This document shows positions 9,998 through 19,635 of a DNA stretch of 64,000 nt, piece by piece. Both the position numbers and the translations under genes were made by a program. Source of the DNA: Halobacteriales archaeon QS_4_69_225 (GTDB taxonomy: Archaea; Halobacteriota; Halobacteria; Halobacteriales; Haloarculaceae); the NCBI GenBank assembly GCA_003020965.1, contig PXRL01000023.1:37926-101925 (forward strand), given 5' to 3'. The notes beneath the pieces are model-generated. The model saw only the letters and a list, made by a program, of their open reading frames with translations, ran no database searches and had not been told where the DNA came from. Each line of letters opens with the position of its first letter. The first letter of the stretch is position 1.

Positions 9998-11296
9998 GTG
10001 AATACGCGACCGACTGCCCGGCTCGCGCTCTGTGCGGGACTACTCGTGGTCGTCGGAGCGGCCACCGGCGTGGCGGCGACGGCACAGACGACCGGCGTCG
10101 CCGTCGACGCGACGCCGACGGACACCGACGAGGCGGAGTCGACGCACACCGTCGTGTTCACCGTCGGTCCGGACGCGGAGTCGGCCGGCGGGAACTTCGA
10201 CAGCATCCGCGTCGATTACTCCCGGGAGACGCCGTCGGCCGACGTGAGCAACGTCGGCGCGGGGACCGTCGAGCGGATCGGTGTCGACCGCGGCGGCGAC
10301 GACGTCGGCACCCGGCTCGACGAGACGGCGACGATCAACGAGGTGACCGGCGAGGCGGACGGCAGTGCCATCCTCGTCGAGACCGCGGGTGCCCTCGGGC
10401 TGAGCGAGGGCGACGAGGTGGTCGTCGTGCTGCGGCCGGTCCAGAACCCACAGAACGAGGGGACGCCGTCGGCCGAGGTGACGCTCAACACCCAGGGTGC
10501 GGCCGACACCGCGACCGACGCGGTGACCTACGAGGCCACCTCGGCGTCGGTGTCGCTGTCCGACCAGCGCACCGACGGCGACAGCGTCACCGTCGACTCG
10601 GCGACGCTGTCGGAGGGCGGCTGGGTCGTCGTCCTGAACGAGGGCGGCCGCAACGCCGACGCGGTGCGGGGCCGAACGTACCTCTCCGCCGGGAGCCACT
10701 CCGACGTCGAGGTGTCGCTCGACGAGCCGGCGTCGTCGGACACGGAACTGACCGCGCAGGTCCACCACGACACGAACGGCGACCGGCTGTTCGATTACAG
10801 CGGCGGGAACGTCGACCGGCCGTACGAGAACGCCGACGGCAACATCCAGGCCAGCGACACCGGCCAGGTGACGGTCGACGAGGGCGGAGGCGGCAGTACC
10901 TCCGCGCCGACGCCAACCGCGACGCCAACGCCCACGCCGACTCCGACCACGACCCCGACGCCCACGCAGACTGCGACACCGACCGCGACGGAGGACGGCG
11001 ATGGGTCGGGAACGACGGAGATATCGTCCGACGGCGACGGGTCGGAGACGGCTACGGACGGCGACGGAGCGACCGCGACGGACGGCGGCGAGGCGGCTGC
11101 CGAAGGCGGTGACGGGTCCGAGACGACCACGGACGACGAAGGGACGGCGACCGACGGAAGCGGAGCGGCGACCGACGGCGATGACGACATCGGCTCAGGA
11201 GGCGGCGGGACCGGCGCCGACGGCCCCGGCTTCGGCGCGGTCGTGGCGGCGACGGCGCTTCTGCTCGCGGCGCTGACGGCGCGTCGCCGGGGGTGA
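9998..11296 (+). CDS. Cell-surface glycoprotein with PGF-CTERM
   Basis: Signal peptide; VTVDSATLSEGGWVV...YLSAGSHSDVEV...HHDTNGD domain; Thr/Pro linker; GPGFGAVVAATALL...RRRG. Confidence 0.85.
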   Translation: MNTRPTARLALCAGLLVVVGAATGVAATAQTTGVAVDATPTDTDEAESTHTVVFTVGPDAESAGGNFDSIRVDYSRETPSADVSNVGAGTVERIGVDRGGDDVGTRLDETATINEVTGEADGSAILVETAGALGLSEGDEVVVVLRPVQNPQNEGTPSAEVTLNTQGAADTATDAVTYEATSASVSLSDQRTDGDSVTVDSATLSEGGWVVVLNEGGRNADAVRGRTYLSAGSHSDVEVSLDEPASSDTELTAQVHHDTNGDRLFDYSGGNVDRPYENADGNIQASDTGQVTVDEGGGGSTSAPTPTATPTPTPTPTTTPTPTQTATPTATEDGDGSGTTEISSDGDGSETATDGDGATATDGGEAAAEGGDGSETTTDDEGTATDGSGAATDGDDDIGSGGGGTGADGPGFGAVVAATALLLAALTARRRG

Positions 11297-11302
11297 GGCG
11301 AC

Positions 11303-11656
11303 TCAGTCCTCGTAGGCGAGGCTCATGACCCACTGCGAGAAGGCGTCGCTCTGGGGGTCGACTTCCTCGTCGCCGACGAACGGCGAGAGCATGTCCCCGG
11401 CCATCAGCATCGAGAACTCCAGGTCCCGGGGGTCGCGGATCGGCGTGACGAGGTAGGTGTTGTGACCGTCGTAGACGGTCTCCTCGCGCTCGACCAGCTC
11501 CTGCTCCTCGAGGCCGTCGATGATGCGGCTTCCCTTCCGGGAGTCGACGTCCAGTTCCTTCCAGAACTCGCTCTGATGGATGCCGCCGGTCTCCCGGATC
11601 AGCTCCAGTCCCTCGCGTTCGATCTCGGACAGTCCGTTCTCGGCGGTACTCATCAC
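11303..11656 (-). CDS. Winged-helix DNA-binding protein
   Basis: GGIHQSEFWKELDVDSRKGSRIIDGLEEQELVERE wHTH pattern. Confidence 0.8.
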   Translation of the reverse strand: MMSTAENGLSEIEREGLELIRETGGIHQSEFWKELDVDSRKGSRIIDGLEEQELVEREETVYDGHNTYLVTPIRDPRDLEFSMLMAGDMLSPFVGDEEVDPQSDAFSQWVMSLAYED

Positions 11657-11682
11657 CGAAATCTGGGCCGTCGCATTTTTAA

Positions 11683-13299
11683 CGGTAGCGGTGTAGGGCG
11701 CTAAGTCCCCATCCTCAAGGAGTACCGCAGGGAGCGAAGCGGCCGAGGAGCGTTAACGAATCGCTCCGCGATTCGTTCGCACACCAGAAATCTTCGATTT
11801 CCGGGGACGTTAACGAGAGCGAAGCTCTCGTTCGCACATCAGAACGCCTCGCGTTCTGAGGACGCAGTAGGGTGGGGATACAGCGCCCGTCATCGTCGTC
11901 CAAACGCTTACAAACCGACAGCATTAAAGCCGATTCGTAGCTCCGATGCGGTACGCCTACAAATACCGACTGTCACCCACTCCCACCGTCGAGCGGGAGC
12001 TTCAACGGCACATCGACATCTGTAGGCAGGCGTACAACCACTTTCTGCACGAACTTCAAGAAGCGGACGAGTACCTGTCGCGGCACGAGATGCAGTCGAT
12101 GCTCCCCGAGATGAAAAACTGGTGGGACGACCTCTCGGACGTGTATTCCAAAGTCCTCCAGATGGTCGTCAAGCGGCTTTCCGACAACCTCTCCGGGCTC
12201 CGGAAGTTGAAGGAGAACGGTCACAACGTTGGGGAGCTACGGTGGAAGTCTCCCACAGAGTACCGGAGTCTCACCTACAATCAGTCCGGCTTCGACGTGG
12301 ACAGGAACACGGGCCGCGACGAAGGGGGTGAACTCCACCTTTCCAAAATCGGAACCATTCCGATTCGCCTCCACCGCGACATACCCGAGGACGCCACGGT
12401 CAAGCAGGTGACTGTCAAGAAGGAAAAGACCGGCAAGTGGTACACCACCGTCGCGGTCGAGTTTGACCGAGAGCCGCCAGCCAAACCGGACGACCCAGAG
12501 CGCGTCGTGGGCATCGACGCTGGCATCATCAAGCAGACCCACGATACCGATGGTGTGGCTGTCAAGCCCCCGGACCTCTCGGACGAGCGCAACCGTCTCG
12601 AACGTGAGCAACGGAACCTCTCGCGGAAGGAACACGGGTCGAACAACTGGCAGAAGCAACGGCAGACGGTCGCCCGCCGCTACGCCGACCTCAAGCGGAA
12701 GCGGCGCGACTTTCTCCACAAACTGTCGAACTACTACGCCCGGGAGTACGACCTCGTGGCGGTCGAGGACCTCGACGCGAAGGAGTTGATGGAGGAGCCG
12801 GGCAACAGCCGGAGCCGGGGGTCGGCGGCGTGGGCAACGTTCAAGCGGTTTCTGGAATATAAGTGCGAGCGCGAAGGCACGCACTTCGTAGCTGTCAGTC
12901 CCAGAGGGACGACCAAAGAGTGCGCTTCGTGTGGCGTCCCGACGGAGAAACCGCTGTGGGTCCGTGAACACTCCTGTCCTGCCTGCGGGTTCGAGGCAGA
13001 CAGAGACGCGAACGCGGTCGTCAGACTGCGTCTGACGGGCAGCAAACGCGAAGCGTTTGCGACGGCATGGAACGTTCTTTCCCGCGGCCTCGATCAAGTA
13101 GGAGCGGGACGCTCCGAATCAACGTCCTCAGAATCGCTCCGCGATTCTGATGTGCGAACGAGAGCTTCGCTCTCGTTGACGCCCCCGGAGACTGCGCTCC
13201 CTGCGGACACGGTAGTGTCTGCAAAGCGCGTCATCGAACGGGGAAGCCCCTGCCTCAAGGAGCCGCCAACGGCGGCGAGTAGGCAGGGGTAAGATTCAC
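11683..13299 (+). mobile_element. IS200/IS605-family (IS1341-type) element 1, tnpB only
   Basis: LE hairpin GGGCGCT..CCCCATCCT...AGGGTGGGG..AGCGCCC after TTAA; RE hairpin CCCCTGCCT...AGGCAGGGG ending TCAC at 13296-13299; the left boundary is inferred. Confidence 0.85.
11946..13292 (+). CDS. tnpB: RNA-guided endonuclease TnpB with two in-frame hairpin inserts
   Basis: YAYKYRL start, VGIDAG, VAVEDL, CASC..CPAC zinc finger, DRDANA; RuvC D-E-D intact. Confidence 0.95.
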   Translation: MRYAYKYRLSPTPTVERELQRHIDICRQAYNHFLHELQEADEYLSRHEMQSMLPEMKNWWDDLSDVYSKVLQMVVKRLSDNLSGLRKLKENGHNVGELRWKSPTEYRSLTYNQSGFDVDRNTGRDEGGELHLSKIGTIPIRLHRDIPEDATVKQVTVKKEKTGKWYTTVAVEFDREPPAKPDDPERVVGIDAGIIKQTHDTDGVAVKPPDLSDERNRLEREQRNLSRKEHGSNNWQKQRQTVARRYADLKRKRRDFLHKLSNYYAREYDLVAVEDLDAKELMEEPGNSRSRGSAAWATFKRFLEYKCEREGTHFVAVSPRGTTKECASCGVPTEKPLWVREHSCPACGFEADRDANAVVRLRLTGSKREAFATAWNVLSRGLDQVGAGRSESTSSESLRDSDVRTRASLSLTPPETALPADTVVSAKRVIERGSPCLKEPPTAASRQG

Positions 13300-14045
13300 A
13301 TGCTGTCGTCGACCCGCTCGTACGGCGTCCGGCAGGGCGGGCCGTCGGCGAAGGCGAAGACGCGGTCGTCGCCGAGCCGGACCAGCGACGACGAGCGGGT
13401 GCCGAAGCCGTCGCCGTGGACGCAGACGCCGAACTCGTGGTCGGCGAGGACGTCGCCGGCCCGGGCGGTCCAGTCGGCGGCCGTCTCGCCGTCGCGGGGC
13501 CGCAGCGTCTCTTGGAGCCGGTCGGCGGCGTCGGCCTGCCGGCGGCCGGCGTCCGGACGGGCCGGCGGGCGGAACCACTCGCCGTCGGCGCCGACGTTGA
13601 CGACGACGTGGACGCCCGCCGCAAGCGCCCGCGTCCGGCGGCCGTCGAGGGGGTCGTCGGTGCCGCCGTTCTCAACGAGCCGGCAGGCGTCGTCGTCGGC
13701 CATCAGCAGGTGAAACGGCGCGTAGTCGCGGGCTTCGAGTTCGGCGTCGACGCGGGCGGCGGCGTCGACGGCCGTCCGCGCCGACAGCGCCTCGTCGACC
13801 AGGTGCCCGCGGGAGCGGTCGCCGTCGCCGGCCGCCCAGCGGTTGGTGATCGCCGCGAGGACGCCCGCCTCGTTGTAGCCGAGCCAGGTGCCGCCGGCCC
13901 GCTCGTCGCGGGGCGCGAGAACGGCCGGGTCGCCCTCGCGGACCGACGGCGGCGCCGCCGGCCGGTCGAACGACTCGTCGCGGTTGGCGGCGACACAGAC
14001 CGGCGCCGTCTCGAAGACCCGCCAGGCGACGACCAGCGTGCACAC
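13296..14045 (-). CDS. NRDE/TANGO2 family protein
   Basis: (M)CTLVV...AANRDE...RDERAGGTWLG...ITNR...SRG...FGTRSS. Confidence 0.92.
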   Translation of the reverse strand: MCTLVVAWRVFETAPVCVAANRDESFDRPAAPPSVREGDPAVLAPRDERAGGTWLGYNEAGVLAAITNRWAAGDGDRSRGHLVDEALSARTAVDAAARVDAELEARDYAPFHLLMADDDACRLVENGGTDDPLDGRRTRALAAGVHVVVNVGADGEWFRPPARPDAGRRQADAADRLQETLRPRDGETAADWTARAGDVLADHEFGVCVHGDGFGTRSSSLVRLGDDRVFAFADGPPCRTPYERVDDSM

Positions 14046-14079
14046 GGCCGCCGTTACGGCTCCCCGAGAGTTAAACCCG

Positions 14080-15552
14080 TCAGTCGTCGGCACCGAGTCG
14101 CCGGCGGACGGCCGCCCGGTCGACGGTGCCGGAAGCGGTCCGCGGCAGTCCGGCGGCGAAGCCGACCGTCCGGGGGCGCTTGAAGTCGGCCAGCCGGCCC
14201 CGGCAGTGTTCCCGGAGGTCGGCCGCCGACGCCTCGCCGTCGGCGACGATCAGCGCCGCGACCCGCTGGCCCCACTCCTCGTCCGGGAGCCCGACCACGG
14301 CGCAGTCGGCGACGGCATCGTGACGCCGCAGCGCCGTCGCCACCTCCGCGGGGTCGACGCTCTCGCCGCCGGTGACGATGGTGTCGTCGAGCCGACCCTC
14401 GACGTACACCCGGCCGGCCTCGTCGCGGTGGCCGCGGTCGCCGGTCCGGAGGCCGGCGCTGCAGAACGCCTCGGCGGTGCGGTCCGCGTCGAGGTAGCCC
14501 GGCGTCACCACGGCGCCGCCGACGACGAGTTCGCCCGACTCGCCGGGGTCACAGCGCGCGTCGGCTTCGTCGACCACCGACAGTTCGGCGAACAGCAACG
14601 GGTGTCCGACCGAGTCGGGGTGGTCCGCGGCGACCGACGGCCGGGCGGTCGCGATCTGCGAGGCCGCCTCCGTCATCCCGTAGGTCGGCGCGACGGGGAC
14701 GCCGCGGTCGTCGGCCCGCTCCAGCAGGTCCGGCGGGCAGGGGGCGCCACCGACCAGGACGACCCGGAGGTCCGGCAGCGACCCGGCCTCGAGGAGTCGC
14801 TCGAGCATCGTCGGCACGAGGGAGACGCCGGTGGCGTCGGCGGCCCGCATCGCCGACAGTGTCGCCGCCGGCTCGAAATCCCGCTGGACGGACAGCGCCG
14901 TCCCGTAGAGCACCGACCGGTAGACCGGCGCCAGCCCGCCGGTGTGGTACATCGGCAGCGCGACGTGCCAGCAGTCGTCGGGCAGCAGGCCGAGCCGGAA
15001 CGCCGAGGCCATCGCGCTGGCGAGGACGTTCGTGACCGTGAGGACGACCCCCTTCGGGTCGCCGGTCGTCCCGGAGGTGAAAAGCACCGCGACGGGGTCG
15101 TCGACGGCCCACTCCGGGAGGTCGAACGGCTCGGGGTCGACGGCCGACAGCGGCTCGGCGCCGGCCGTCGGGTCGTCGTCCAGCGACAGCACCGGCGCGT
15201 CGGCGGCCTCGACGGCGGCCGTCTCCGTCGCCGTCTCGCAGACGACGGCCGCCGGCGACACGCGGTCGAACCGGGCGTCGAGCTCCGCGGCCGTCGCCCG
15301 GGCGTCGACGGGAACGAGCGTGGCGCCGAGTCGCTGGGCGGCGTGGACGACCTCGACGAACGCGGCCCGGGTGCCCGAGCAGACGGCCAGCGGGTCGTCG
15401 ACGCCGACGCCGCGGGCCGCCAGCCGGCCGGCCAGCGTCTCGACGCGGCGGTCGAGGTCGGCGTACGTCGCCGCGGCGTCGACGTCGCCGGCGGCCGCCA
15501 GCGCCGTCGCTTCCGGGGTGGCGTCGGCGCGGACGGCGAGCCAGTCCCGCAT
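14080..15552 (-). CDS. menE: o-succinylbenzoate-CoA ligase
   Basis: FTSGTTGDPKGV, TYGMTEAASQ, TGDRG, GGESVDPAEV; lies in the men cluster. Confidence 0.9.
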   Translation of the reverse strand: MRDWLAVRADATPEATALAAAGDVDAAATYADLDRRVETLAGRLAARGVGVDDPLAVCSGTRAAFVEVVHAAQRLGATLVPVDARATAAELDARFDRVSPAAVVCETATETAAVEAADAPVLSLDDDPTAGAEPLSAVDPEPFDLPEWAVDDPVAVLFTSGTTGDPKGVVLTVTNVLASAMASAFRLGLLPDDCWHVALPMYHTGGLAPVYRSVLYGTALSVQRDFEPAATLSAMRAADATGVSLVPTMLERLLEAGSLPDLRVVLVGGAPCPPDLLERADDRGVPVAPTYGMTEAASQIATARPSVAADHPDSVGHPLLFAELSVVDEADARCDPGESGELVVGGAVVTPGYLDADRTAEAFCSAGLRTGDRGHRDEAGRVYVEGRLDDTIVTGGESVDPAEVATALRRHDAVADCAVVGLPDEEWGQRVAALIVADGEASAADLREHCRGRLADFKRPRTVGFAAGLPRTASGTVDRAAVRRRLGADD

Positions 15553-15608
15553 GAACGCCGGCCCGTTCATTCCGGAGATATATTTGATTTTCCCATCCGG
15601 CGACGGCC

Positions 15609-15878
15609 GTGTTTAGTTACGAGAGAGTGACGTACTTCGGTGGTAACGGTGACGTTCCCGGACGCCCTCTCCCGCTCGCGGGCTGCGGCTCACGGCTCAC
15701 TTCGCTCGCCGGCAGAGCGTCGCTCTGCCGAGCCTTCGCTCGCTTCACTCGCGAGGACGCCGCTCCGCCTCGAGGCTGCTCTCGCTGTGCTCGCTCGGCC
15801 TCGCCGCGCGAGCGGTCGGCCCCGTTCGAGGTCCCACCCGATGCCGGCTGACCGGCCCACTCTCGCGCAACTAAACAC
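15609..15878. repeat. MITE-like repeat family X, copy 2, with 20-bp terminal inverted repeat
   Basis: GTGTTTAGTTACGAGAGAGT ... ACTCTCGCGCAACTAAACAC (18/20 inverted match); lies between menC and menE. Confidence 0.8.
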
Positions 15879-15906
15879 GACCTCAGCAGCGGCCGGCGAC
15901 GAGCGA

Positions 15907-16914
15907 TCACTCCAGCGGGAGGCTGCCGTCGCCCTGCGGGACCGGGACCGCGCCGTCGGCGGCCGTCGCGACGTCGTCCCGGAGGTCGTCGGCAAGGCGG
16001 TCGCCGGTCGCCAGCCCGCAAGTCGGGACGTCCGGCAGCGACGCCGCGAGGTGGACGGCGCCGGCGCGGGCGACGGCGGCGTCGATCGTCGTCGTGACGA
16101 CGGCCTCGCGGCCGGCGGCCCGCGCCCGGACCGCCGCTGCCCGGGCGCGGTCGACGCCGCCGAGGGCCATCGGCTTGCAGACGACGACGTCGGCCGCGTC
16201 CGCCTCGAGGACCGCATCGACGCCGTGTTCGACGACCCCCTCGTCGAGGCCGACGCCGACCGGCCCGCCGGCCAGGGCGGCGTGGCCCTCGAGATTCGCC
16301 GCGGTCAGCGGCTGCTCGACGAAGGCCACGCCCATCTCGGCCAGCGCCCCGAGGGCGCGCTCGGCGGTCGCCGGCGTCCAGGCGCCGTTGGCGTCGGCCC
16401 GAAGCTCGACGTCGGGGCACCGCTTTCGGACCGCCTCGAGACGGTCGAGGTCGGCCGACAGCGGGCGGGCGCCGACCTTCAGTTTCACCGCCGGGAAGCC
16501 GGCGTCGACGGCACGGGCGGCGGCGTCGGCGGTCGCCCCGGGGTCGGCGTCGCCGATCGTCGCGTTGACGGGCACCGCCTCGCGGTCGACGTCGTCGTCG
16601 CCGAGGTTGCGGTAGAGCGGCCGGCCGGCCGCCCGGGCTCGGGCGTCGAGGACGGCCAGCGAGACGCCGTGGCGGGCGGCCGGCGCGCCGGCGAGCGTGT
16701 CGTTATCGAGGGCGGCGACGGGATCGGAGACCCCCCGCAGGGCCGTCTCGCAGGCGTCGAGCGACTCGGTCCAGCCGGGCAGCGGCGTCGCCTCGCCGAC
16801 GCCGGCGGCGCCGTCGACGGTGACCCGGACGAGAAAGCCCGTCCGCTCGTCGACCGTGCCGGCGGCGGTCGAAAGCGGCCGCGACAGCGGCAGCGAAAAG
16901 CGCTCGACGTTCAT
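15907..16914 (-). CDS. menC: o-succinylbenzoate synthase
   Basis: GEATPLPGW, KLKVG, LRADANGAW, EQP, LDE, KPMALGG enolase-superfamily motifs. Confidence 0.9.
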   Translation of the reverse strand: MNVERFSLPLSRPLSTAAGTVDERTGFLVRVTVDGAAGVGEATPLPGWTESLDACETALRGVSDPVAALDNDTLAGAPAARHGVSLAVLDARARAAGRPLYRNLGDDDVDREAVPVNATIGDADPGATADAAARAVDAGFPAVKLKVGARPLSADLDRLEAVRKRCPDVELRADANGAWTPATAERALGALAEMGVAFVEQPLTAANLEGHAALAGGPVGVGLDEGVVEHGVDAVLEADAADVVVCKPMALGGVDRARAAAVRARAAGREAVVTTTIDAAVARAGAVHLAASLPDVPTCGLATGDRLADDLRDDVATAADGAVPVPQGDGSLPLE

Positions 16915-17840
16915 ACCGCGAGCCCGACCGCGAACAGGGCCGAGTGGGCGAACAGCAGCCTGCCGGTGCGTTCGAGGGCGGGGTTCAGCGCCGCCCCGTC
17001 GGAACGGGTCCAGATTGTCCGACCGACGGCCGCCGCGAGCGGCGCGGTCGCGAGCGGCAGCAGGACGGCCGGCTGGTAGCCGTCGAGCCAGAAGACGACC
17101 GGGACGACGTAGGCCATCCCGACCAGGGTCGTCCACTCGAGGCGGCTGGCCCGGGAGCCGAGGATGACCGCCAGCGTCCGCTTGCCGGCGGCGGCGTCCG
17201 TTTCCCGGTCGCGGACGTTGTTGACGACGAGGATGGCCGTCGAGAGGCCGGCCGCCGGGAGGGCGGCGACGACCGCCCGGACCGGCAGCGTCCCCGGCGG
17301 GAGGCCGACCGGCAGGACGACGCCGGCGCCGGCGGCCGCCTGGACGTAGTAGGTGCCGGCGACGGCCACGAGGCCGAAGAAGACGAACACGAAGAGGTCG
17401 CCGAGCCCGCGGTAGCCGTACGGCAGCGGGCCGCCGGTGTAGGTGACGCCCGCGACGACCGAGGCCAGCCCGACGACGAGGATCGGGATGCCGCCGACGT
17501 AGACCAGGTAGACGCCGCTGACGATCGCCAGCCCGAAGGCGGCGTACATCGCGCGCTTGACCGCCGCCGGCTCGATGAGCCCGCCGGCGGTCACGCGGGT
17601 GAACCCCTCGCGGTCGCCGGTGTCGGCGCCGCGGACGGCGTCGTAGTAGTCGTTGGCGAAGTTGGTCCCGACCTGCAGCAGCAGCGCCCCGACGAGCGCG
17701 AACACGGCGGGTAGCGGGGCGAAGACGCCGTCGCCGACCGCCAGTCCGGTGCCGACGACGACCGGCGCGGCCCCGGCCGGCAGCGTCTGCGGCCGGGCCG
17801 CCATCAGCCACGCGCGGGTCTGGGAGACCGACTCCGTCAT
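16911..17840 (-). CDS. menA: 1,4-dihydroxy-2-naphthoate polyprenyltransferase
   Basis: ARPQTLPA, NFANDYYD...GAD, YTGGP.PYGYRGLGD, NNVRD.ETD..AGKRTLAV. Confidence 0.95.
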   Translation of the reverse strand: MTESVSQTRAWLMAARPQTLPAGAAPVVVGTGLAVGDGVFAPLPAVFALVGALLLQVGTNFANDYYDAVRGADTGDREGFTRVTAGGLIEPAAVKRAMYAAFGLAIVSGVYLVYVGGIPILVVGLASVVAGVTYTGGPLPYGYRGLGDLFVFVFFGLVAVAGTYYVQAAAGAGVVLPVGLPPGTLPVRAVVAALPAAGLSTAILVVNNVRDRETDAAAGKRTLAVILGSRASRLEWTTLVGMAYVVPVVFWLDGYQPAVLLPLATAPLAAAVGRTIWTRSDGAALNPALERTGRLLFAHSALFAVGLAV

Positions 17841-17931
17841 CGTCGGCTCTCGGGGCGGCGACGACATAAGTACGCGGAAGCCGACCCCGGGGCGGCTCGG
17901 CGTCGGGGGCGGGGGCGGGAGCGTAGAAGAG

Positions 17932-18597
17932 TTACGCTGCGGTCTCGTCGTCAGCGTCGCCGACGTCGACCTCGAGGTCGTCGACCTGGTCGGTGACGTC
18001 GTCGACCTGCTCCTGCAGCGTCTCCGTCTGCTCTTCGATCCGCGCCTGCAGCTCCTCGAGCTGCTCCTCGAACCGCTCCTGTAGCTCCTCGCTCTGCTCG
18101 TCCAGTTCGTCCTGGAGGTCCTCGACGGTCTCCTCGAGCTGGTCGTAGACGTCGGCGACCTGGGTTTCGAGGTCGTCGGTGGTGTCGGTCAGCGCCTCCA
18201 GCTGCTCGTCGACGGTCTCGAGGAACTCCTCGAACAGCTCGTCGACCGACTCCGCGCCGTCCTCGAGGTTCGTCTCGAACTCCTCGAGGGCGTCGGTCTG
18301 GGTTTCCTCGAGGGTGTCGAGCTGTTCGATCAGCGTTTCCCGGAGGTCCGCGACGACGGCCTGGTCGCCCGGCACCGCCGCCTCGACGGCGTCGAACGAC
18401 GTCTCCACGCCGGTTCGCACCAGGTCGCTGCTCCGTTCCTGAACGTCCCGAACCGGACCGACGGCGTCGACGGTCCGCTCGTTGACGTCGCGCTGGAACT
18501 CCACCGTCCGCTCGAAGACGTCGTGGGTCTGTTCGATCGCGCTGCGCTGCAGGTCGAAGGCCGCCGTCACCGGCGAGTCGCTGCCGTTCTCGCTCAT
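17932..18597 (-). CDS. Acidic coiled-coil protein resembling haloarchaeal phasin (PhaP)
   Basis: N-terminal PVTAAFDLQRSAIEQ recalls haloarchaeal PhaP; long E/D/Q/L heptads. Confidence 0.6.
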   Translation of the reverse strand: MSENGSDSPVTAAFDLQRSAIEQTHDVFERTVEFQRDVNERTVDAVGPVRDVQERSSDLVRTGVETSFDAVEAAVPGDQAVVADLRETLIEQLDTLEETQTDALEEFETNLEDGAESVDELFEEFLETVDEQLEALTDTTDDLETQVADVYDQLEETVEDLQDELDEQSEELQERFEEQLEELQARIEEQTETLQEQVDDVTDQVDDLEVDVGDADDETAA

Positions 18598-18695
18598 CGT
18601 GTCTCCGGCTACACCCCCGGCGAACATAACTCTTTCCTTCCAATACCATCTGCTACCACTCAACTACACTCAGTGTCAGACACCGCGCGGGCGCG

Positions 18696-19592
18696 TCAGT
18701 AGTACCAGTCGAACTCGTCGAAGTCGGGGTCGCGGTTCTCGACGAACGCCCGTCGGCCCTCGGCGGCCTCGTCGGTCATGTAGCCGAGCCGGGTCGCCTC
18801 GCCGGCGAACACCTGCTGGCCGACCAGGCCGTCCGAATCCATGTTGAAGGCGTACTTCAGCATCCGGATCGCCATCGGCGACTTCGAGCAGATGGCCTCG
18901 GCCCACTCCAGGGCGGTCGCCTCCAGCTCCTCGTGGGGCACCGCCTCGTTGGCCATCCCCATCTCGACGGCCTCCTCGGCGGAGTAGATCTTCCCGAGGA
19001 AGAACACCTCCCGGGCCACCTTCTGGCCGACCTGGCGGGCGAGGTAGGCCGACCCGAAGCCGGCGTCGAAGGAGGCGACGTCGGGGTCCGTCTGGAGGAA
19101 CTTCGCGTGCTCGGCGCTCGCCAGCGTCATGTCGCAGACGACGTGCAGCGAGTGGCCGCCGCCGACGGCCCACCCCGGGACGACGGCCACGACCGGCTTC
19201 GGGACGTGTCTGATGAGCCGCTGGACCTCGAGAACGTGGAGCCGGGGGGCGTCCTGTGACTCGGCATCCTCGCCTCCGTCATCGTCTTCGTACTCGTAGC
19301 CCGCCTCGCCCCGGATGCGCTGGTCGCCGCCGGAGCAGAACGCCCAGCCGCCGTCCTTCGGCGACGGGCCGTTGCCGGTCAGGAGGATGCAGCCGACGTC
19401 GGTCTGTCGCTTCGCGTGGTCCAGCGCCGCGTGGAGTTCGTCGACCGTCTCCGGCCGGAAGGCGTTGCGGACCTCGGGGCGATCGAAGGCGATACGGACC
19501 GCGCCGACGTCGGTGCCGCGGTGGTAAGTGACGTCCTCGAAGTCGTCGGTGACCGGCTCCCACCGGTCGGCGTCGAACAGGTCCGAGACCAT
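18696..19592 (-). CDS. menB: 1,4-dihydroxy-2-naphthoyl-CoA synthase
   Basis: RPEVRNAFRP, AFCSGGDQ, GGGHSLHVVCD, VASFDAGFGS. Confidence 0.96.
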   Translation of the reverse strand: MVSDLFDADRWEPVTDDFEDVTYHRGTDVGAVRIAFDRPEVRNAFRPETVDELHAALDHAKRQTDVGCILLTGNGPSPKDGGWAFCSGGDQRIRGEAGYEYEDDDGGEDAESQDAPRLHVLEVQRLIRHVPKPVVAVVPGWAVGGGHSLHVVCDMTLASAEHAKFLQTDPDVASFDAGFGSAYLARQVGQKVAREVFFLGKIYSAEEAVEMGMANEAVPHEELEATALEWAEAICSKSPMAIRMLKYAFNMDSDGLVGQQVFAGEATRLGYMTDEAAEGRRAFVENRDPDFDEFDWYY

Positions 19593-19635
19593 ACCGGCGT
19601 TCGGGCCGGCCGGCGGAAAAACCCCCCCTCACCCC

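Noticed and set aside
10905-10990. ACGCCG-type short tandem repeats (also about 1600-1650)
   Set aside because: They encode ordinary Thr-Pro linkers of PGF-CTERM surface proteins.
11753-11864. Tandem units of about 55 bp as a possible mini-CRISPR
   Set aside because: Only two units, no repeat-spacer alternation and no cas genes. They are hairpin modules inside an IS left end.
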